Part shown: piece by piece, positions 17,201-20,000 of the stretch
Layout: the number at the start of each line of letters is the position of its first letter
Position numbering within the stretch: position 1 is the stretch's first letter
Virus record (IMG/VR): IMGVR_UViG_3300044642_001197
Direction: 5' to 3' (one strand)
Source of the DNA: an uncultured virus (IMG/VR IMGVR_UViG_3300044642_001197)
Lineage: Duplodnaviria > Heunggongvirae > Uroviricota > Caudoviricetes
DNA length: 20,000 nucleotides
The notes under the pieces: model-generated
Told to the model about the DNA's origin: nothing
Databases searched by the model: none
Seen by the model: only the letters and a program-made list of their open reading frames with translations
Program-made: the position numbers and the translations under genes

Positions 17201-18469
17201 GAGATCGCCCGCGAGGAATCCGAGAAATGGACGCTCAACGGCGACCCCAAAGGGTATGCGGGGCTGATCTTCGACGGGATGTTCGGGCGCCTGAATCGGG
17301 AAACCAAGGTCACCAAATACTTCCTGTCGTTCATGAAGACGAACGCGAACCTGCTGAACCTCGCCTTGGACTTCTCGCCCCTCGGGCTTCTGCACGCCTA
17401 CAACAAGTCCCCGGGGGTCAACCTGTCAAAGAAGTATCAGCTTGAACGGATCGACCGCAGCACGCCGCAAGGTGAGGCGAAGCATCAGGCGCTCTTTATT
17501 CAAGGGATGATGGGCACTTTGGCGTTGGGGGCCTTGGTTCTCAAAGGCTTGTTGGACGAGGAGGAAGGGGAAGACCCGTGGTTTGCTGTTTACGGCCCTG
17601 GGCCGAAGACGGCCATGGAGCGGCAGCAACTTCGGGACGGCTCGGACTGGGAGCCGAACACCGTGAAGATCGGCGACCTCAAGCTGCGCTACACGGATTT
17701 CCCTGTGCTGAACCTTTTGCTGGGGGCCTACGGCACGCTCTCCGATCAGGCGCGGTTCGATAAGAAAATCTCCGACAAAGACGTTGTTGAGCGCGCTTCG
17801 TTGTGGGCGCTCGGGATGGCGAACATCGTGTTTGAGCGGCAGATGTTGTCGGGCCTGAGCAACCTGTTCAAAATCATTCAGAACCCGGACAGTCGAGGAA
17901 TCCACGCCGTCAAGCAACTAACCTCCGGAATTGCTGGCGGGTTCACCAACCCCCAGGCGATGAAATGGATGCGCAACACTTTGTGGTTGGATGAGAATCT
18001 CAAAGCCCCGGTGTTGGATCAGGGGTCCACGGCGGGTTGGGCCGCCAGTATGGTGCCGTTCAGCGCGGGATACGATTCTCCGGCGCTCAATGTTCTGGGT
18101 GAACCGATCAAGGAATACTTCTGGTATCCCACGACCCGGAGGTTTTTCACCTTGTCCGAGCACGCCCACCCGATTCTTGGCCCGGTGGTCAGCAACGGGT
18201 TGATGCTGGAGCCCCCGAGCAAACAAACCCAGATTCAAGTGGGTGGGATTAAGCAGGCTGTGGGCCGGAGCGAAACGGCGTGGCGCCGGTTTGTGGAGTT
18301 GCGCGGAGAAGAAATCAAGAAGCGGGTGCCCGCAAGTTTCCTCTCCCGGCTCTCCACCATGAAGCGCGAACTCGCCCAGGATCAGCTCAACGAGGTCACC
18401 AAGACGGCGCGGATCGCGGCGGTGACCCGGCTGGAGAAGGAGCTGAAATCGGGGGCTACAGAGTTTTGA
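11261..18469 (+). CDS. Giant (2402 aa) internal virion / polyvalent-type protein with glycine-zipper N-terminus, EPVTP repeats, HExxH zincin-like domain and helical C-terminal region
   Basis: Gly/Ala hydrophobic segment GGAAGAAIGGALGAPAAGVGAAPGAITGGAVGAFAGPFLFG. VYHELSH (HELSH at 14462-14476) followed by SELMARYAE and WWRELLSKVRVWL. C-terminal hydrophobic helix and ALNVLGEPI motif typical of large phage ejection proteins (LPD38-like, tentative). Confidence 0.75.
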   Translation: MFSEVEEDPELLESLRNLRKFVDGLEPAPKPAPSLGDIPESELSDDQKRLAHFNAWLKEHGDEDEIAHARAKAPVDRSYLSAVRQGLDQPLEGIGTTLQLFGADTLGGMLKGMVDAPVNYESASDRFIHPQPGDTTVGGFGIGSLPRAVVEQAGQLAGSVLSRVAGGAAGAAIGGALGAPAAGVGAAPGAITGGAVGAFAGPFLFGAMQIAGPTALERAKKNGRSKANLEDISWGLATAAASGALDSLGTNLPGGKSVIGSVLSKYFPKAGALLESMAKKPVQNAAVDILGEGLTETSQSGIEQYGASANTPEGAQVDFKQAVGEGLMGAGTGLAHTLGQSAYEKWKKNQDALQGVQADLVQNGAVQTAEELAKIQEQRLAEALAQADALLAEDEKAPGDPPSGATDVFPVNAPKPPAPPTGPAATPAPPTASVTPPETAPPEPVTPEPVTPEPVTPEPVTPEPVTPEPVTPEPVTPEPVTPEPVTPEVVTPEPVAPEPVTPEPAPTEVAPTEVAPTDVVTPEVVTPQPTPQKPLSKKAQLAAERAAKKAEAEREKELIAAGRAYAKKELIEEVLDSGRIPHVSVVQRRTGDKNFNAELKRLFAETFPAEQPGPNEVLTSGEGAKTAKHLKWVDRDTKLPVVRNTETGQTRNLFTNDPNTTAMQVDKGLDVYVPKGVTPHRRIKINSENKVVAVDHPRYGWVSGRGAMADARAVDPEFLENQIAATGGEDIELRYFSPEANEKVADLDQQVQKLPLSDETRNELKVAEEAALAYINKKRLDGFEDDLSVKVRAAAGTKFSIDIRAGLIAEGRLPKGYGGYANKALADTISEAYKKLKKRPGRKLESFDALTEGDRGVGDVDSNERITQGIQEYSNEDLGEGSGPSGGGAGSSSGVPGNKPVADLDETLREAARKGEEAAKKAALEKVRSLANLSVEEQLALDIPEDLVVDSAEVSGWKEQDFFKWGRQINDYLPERLFSKKTAEAIQEQTPEVAKGIIGKLTEMMRRLAPGVKFRIVRPGQENLRNRQQRLESLSVDGVEAYYDKAADEVVFVVDNIDEERAGKLVYHELSHRNLALMEQTLAGRLELGRILETARPQLMAHLPELLASTGHKDLRALMQDYGYGPTLEGRAAVLSELMARYAERLDGRTKPSWWRELLSKVRVWLAKHFGVALDEDALEYWLAGNMERFASTPSGARSEERAYSKRAPVNGRTRQQSMARRAEAKLRRYGGPAEFQRDQFKPSEALSRASLAMDPKMREILREATYLPGKKADDLEAANRFIFSHNTLEDAILALDAANSQPFTSGRLSEEQAWLARGIIAGKLNKMALAMDVAPNSIGKRLLSKHYKDLAVDQFRKVQEELSQAGSFLSRVGRGLADLYFPEAVIRDLVDPVRKTQEEVLSKDEDAQAVVDAIDTSSEPAAEKAVAAAKPLFDRLRPAATTTPGVDEMQPVFDFFEGLMGEGTMKAHWNPTTGEWTEGKLVDAIADRLVKLTKASMAQAKAAKVPRPVIELLEKQIRSEVEARLKPLFRSKDFISPKAGPVQQLLKEIDNVDLVERAFNSSKEALLARGDLSPEERRAIEQAKFEGADLKAAQAVIRKAINLREIVQGHLADRNASLETLTQTILENAQISEAKASAVAMALKTAFDIEAERVVRARLDALQKERKPSRTKPIHASERLFALSNLGAFDTAEVYNAIAQANPHYKLPVYDEQFVKSVRQEADRIQTMPAGSDAKNAATVNLLSRVAHAHARNLRGFKKIMYYIGDVGPAVWQAGVLSGPPTALVNAIGTAMIVQYKAYSQAYGNYRAARKMGRNNAEASQFFKDVSKGWLDSVGVTRSGPSTAWMDAKQALKTGSTRFKNATRSELSILENYSLPHKWVGRLMLAADAYNTATADEIKQRQALRFAMMTQGKNAAEIMQAMNEAFHPEASSMAQIEQQILEETKAGHLGSGKELELNTQIRRTELLEQRRFTATPEIREIAREESEKWTLNGDPKGYAGLIFDGMFGRLNRETKVTKYFLSFMKTNANLLNLALDFSPLGLLHAYNKSPGVNLSKKYQLERIDRSTPQGEAKHQALFIQGMMGTLALGALVLKGLLDEEEGEDPWFAVYGPGPKTAMERQQLRDGSDWEPNTVKIGDLKLRYTDFPVLNLLLGAYGTLSDQARFDKKISDKDVVERASLWALGMANIVFERQMLSGLSNLFKIIQNPDSRGIHAVKQLTSGIAGGFTNPQAMKWMRNTLWLDENLKAPVLDQGSTAGWAASMVPFSAGYDSPALNVLGEPIKEYFWYPTTRRFFTLSEHAHPILGPVVSNGLMLEPPSKQTQIQVGGIKQAVGRSETAWRRFVELRGEEIKKRVPASFLSRLSTMKRELAQDQLNEVTKTARIAAVTRLEKELKSGATEF
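12587..12841 (+). repeat. 15-bp coding minisatellite GAGCCTGTGACTCCT: 9 near-perfect plus 8 degenerate units (EPVTP-type pentapeptides)
   Basis: Units read directly: 9 copies at 12587-12721, then EVVTP, EPVAP, EPVTP, EPAPT, EVAPT, EVAPT, DVVTP, EVVTP. Confidence 0.95.
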
Positions 18470-18473
18470 CCCC

Positions 18474-18632
18474 TCACCACATGCGACACTTACCGAACGT
18501 GATTACATATAGGATGCCCCCGACTAAGAGCGCGGGCAGCAGACAACCGGCAACCAAGACCGCGCTGAGTGTCAGTAGCCCGGCGATCAAGGAGAGAGCT
18601 GGTTCATACCAAGGGAGCTTATGAGACTTCAT
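18474..18632 (-). CDS. Putative 52-aa small membrane protein
   Basis: MKSHKLPWYEPALSLIAGLLTLSAVLVAGCLLPALLVGGILYVITFGKCRMW has about 35 consecutive uncharged, mostly hydrophobic residues flanked by basic residues. It fills the 18470-18620 gap. No Shine-Dalgarno, and it overlaps the opposite-strand start by 12 nt. Confidence 0.4.
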   Translation of the reverse strand: MKSHKLPWYEPALSLIAGLLTLSAVLVAGCLLPALLVGGILYVITFGKCRMW

Positions 18633-19253
18633 ATAGTGAATAAGGAGATTTGTGCCCCCGGCGGGTGGAGATACCGCCAGCCGGAGACGGGTTACGTGAT
18701 GCAGTCGATTGTGTGGGAGGAACTGGTTCGCAGGGTTGCGAGTCACAGGGTTGCAAACGGGATAGCGGTTGCGCCTGGATGGGAGGTGCAGCTTGAGCAT
18801 GATGTGTGTGAACAAGCGCAGCACGGCGGGCGCGTGTGTCAGTATACGACCGACGCGACCGCCGCGAACCGCCCGGTGAACCGTTCCGATGTGTTGAACT
18901 TTCTTCGGGTGGCGACGAAGTGGCTGCCTACCCGGGAATGGGTTTCCCAAGAGGAAGCCGATCGCCGTGCTGGGATCTGCGCCAAGTGCCCACGCAACAT
19001 CAAAGCGGATGGCTGCGCGAGTTGCCGCAACTTGGTGGGCGAAGTGGTCGAGTTCCTAGGCGCTCGCACCACCCCGCATGATAGAGAGCTTGAAGCTTGC
19101 GGGGTGTGCGGGTGTTCTAACAAGGCGCAGGTGCACATTCCGATGACTGCGTTGGCCAAAGGAGTGAGCGCGGACATGGCGTTTCCCGAATGGTGTTGGA
19201 AGCGTGGGGCGGAAAACGACTTGCTTGGGTCTGCCGTGCTTGATAGCGCCTGA
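18621..19253 (+). CDS. Cys-rich putative zinc-binding phage protein (C-terminal part DUF6171-like)
   Basis: 210 aa with an AAGGGAG RBS. RAGICAKCPRN, CASC, CGVCGCSNKAQVH and WCW give three CxxC pairs. Confidence 0.7.
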   Translation: MRLHIVNKEICAPGGWRYRQPETGYVMQSIVWEELVRRVASHRVANGIAVAPGWEVQLEHDVCEQAQHGGRVCQYTTDATAANRPVNRSDVLNFLRVATKWLPTREWVSQEEADRRAGICAKCPRNIKADGCASCRNLVGEVVEFLGARTTPHDRELEACGVCGCSNKAQVHIPMTALAKGVSADMAFPEWCWKRGAENDLLGSAVLDSA

Positions 19254-19255
19254 GT

Positions 19256-19891
19256 ATGCCAAGGCTCCACAAGTACGTCGGCGAAGACAGATGCTATGTA
19301 AAACATAGTTACCGTTCAGGAGGGCGAAATTTCATAGTCACGTATCAAGTTGACGAACACGCAGAATTGGTTTTCTCAGAGAAACGCATCCAAGATGGGG
19401 ATGCAATCCCTGACGGGGTATTCAGGGCGCTCCGCGGGAAGGGTCACCTCTTCACCCAAGGAGGAGGGGCCGAAGGGGAGGAAGTCGAAATTGACGAGGG
19501 CGACGACGATGTGGTTCGGAATTTCTCTTTCAGAGGGCTCTCGCCAGCCGCCGGATATTTTATCCTGCATCAACTACTGCATCATCCGGCGACAAAAGTA
19601 ACAATGGAGGACACAGATGTTTTTGCGAAGACCGGGGTGCTGAACATACAGGACACCGACAAACTGACCGACGACTACATGGGGCAGCTGTTCGAAATTG
19701 CGAGGCTGATCGACGGCACGGATTTTTTTAAGAACCTTATGGCGTCGTTGGAAAGGATGCCGCTGTACGGCGGGAAAGATCGGGCCTTTGAGGCGTTGCA
19801 AGACGCCCTACAGCCTTACGTCGCGTGGTTTACAAAAACCAATGAACTTGTTTACCAAGGGCGGGACAAGAACACACCCCGGGGCTCGTAG
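19256..19891 (+). CDS. Hypothetical protein
   Basis: 211 aa, starts 2 nt after the previous stop. Visibly AT-richer than the structural genes. Two apparent domains joined by an acidic linker (GGGAEGEEVEIDEGDDD). Confidence 0.65.
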   Translation: MPRLHKYVGEDRCYVKHSYRSGGRNFIVTYQVDEHAELVFSEKRIQDGDAIPDGVFRALRGKGHLFTQGGGAEGEEVEIDEGDDDVVRNFSFRGLSPAAGYFILHQLLHHPATKVTMEDTDVFAKTGVLNIQDTDKLTDDYMGQLFEIARLIDGTDFFKNLMASLERMPLYGGKDRAFEALQDALQPYVAWFTKTNELVYQGRDKNTPRGS

Positions 19892-19945
19892 GAGGTTTGC
19901 TTCACGAGGAGCCGCAGTCACAAGCCCTAAGGCGGGATGGTGGCC

Positions 19946-19964
19946 GGGGGGGGGGGGGGGGGGG
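19946..19964. repeat. Poly-G homopolymer (19 G)
   Basis: Counted directly; lies downstream of the last ORF stop at 19891. Confidence 0.9.
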
Positions 19965-20000
19965 CCCAAAACCAAGAGTTACGCATCGACCATTCCCTGG

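Larger units (their letters stand above)
1..19253. mobile_element. Tailed phage/prophage virion morphogenesis and lysis region (podovirus-like); boundaries not in view
   Basis: Co-oriented, tightly coupled adaptor-like, internal-virion-like, tail-fibre-like, DUF1353, CHAP endolysin and giant polyvalent-type genes. No housekeeping gene, integrase or att site is visible, so free phage versus prophage cannot be decided. Confidence 0.85.

Noticed and set aside
11261..18469. Virion RNA polymerase or DarB-like methylase/helicase identity for the giant protein
   Set aside because: I could not find polymerase catalytic motifs, an NPPY/F methylase motif or Walker A/DExx helicase motifs.
18633..18950. 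Upstream part of minus-strand ORF 18474..18950
   Set aside because: It is antisense to the well-supported Cys-rich gene; only the last 52 codons are retained as a candidate.

Overview
A GC-rich tailed-phage (probably prophage) virion-morphogenesis region with a podovirus-like gene set. The + strand carries a partial GT-A-like glycosyltransferase, a probable head-tail adaptor, two probable internal virion/ejection proteins, a tail-fibre-like protein followed by a DUF1353 protein and a CHAP endolysin, a 2402-aa polyvalent-type virion protein with an HExxH zincin motif, a Cys-rich protein and a hypothetical protein. An AT-richer antisense block (1950-4562) interrupts the structural genes. It holds (i) a coupled trio of a TIGR04255-family protein, a WDGY-motif protein and a small putative ADP-ribosyltransferase-fold protein, a candidate toxin-antitoxin-chaperone-like anti-phage system, and (ii) an exported protein with an internal duplication that resembles a segment of the nearby putative ejection protein, a candidate decoy-type superinfection exclusion factor. 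Other signals include a shared promoter-like motif before three structural genes, two coding tandem repeats, a possible sigma-like segment inside the giant protein, an antisense 52-aa membrane peptide and a G19 run. All family assignments are from motif recognition by eye; no searches were run.
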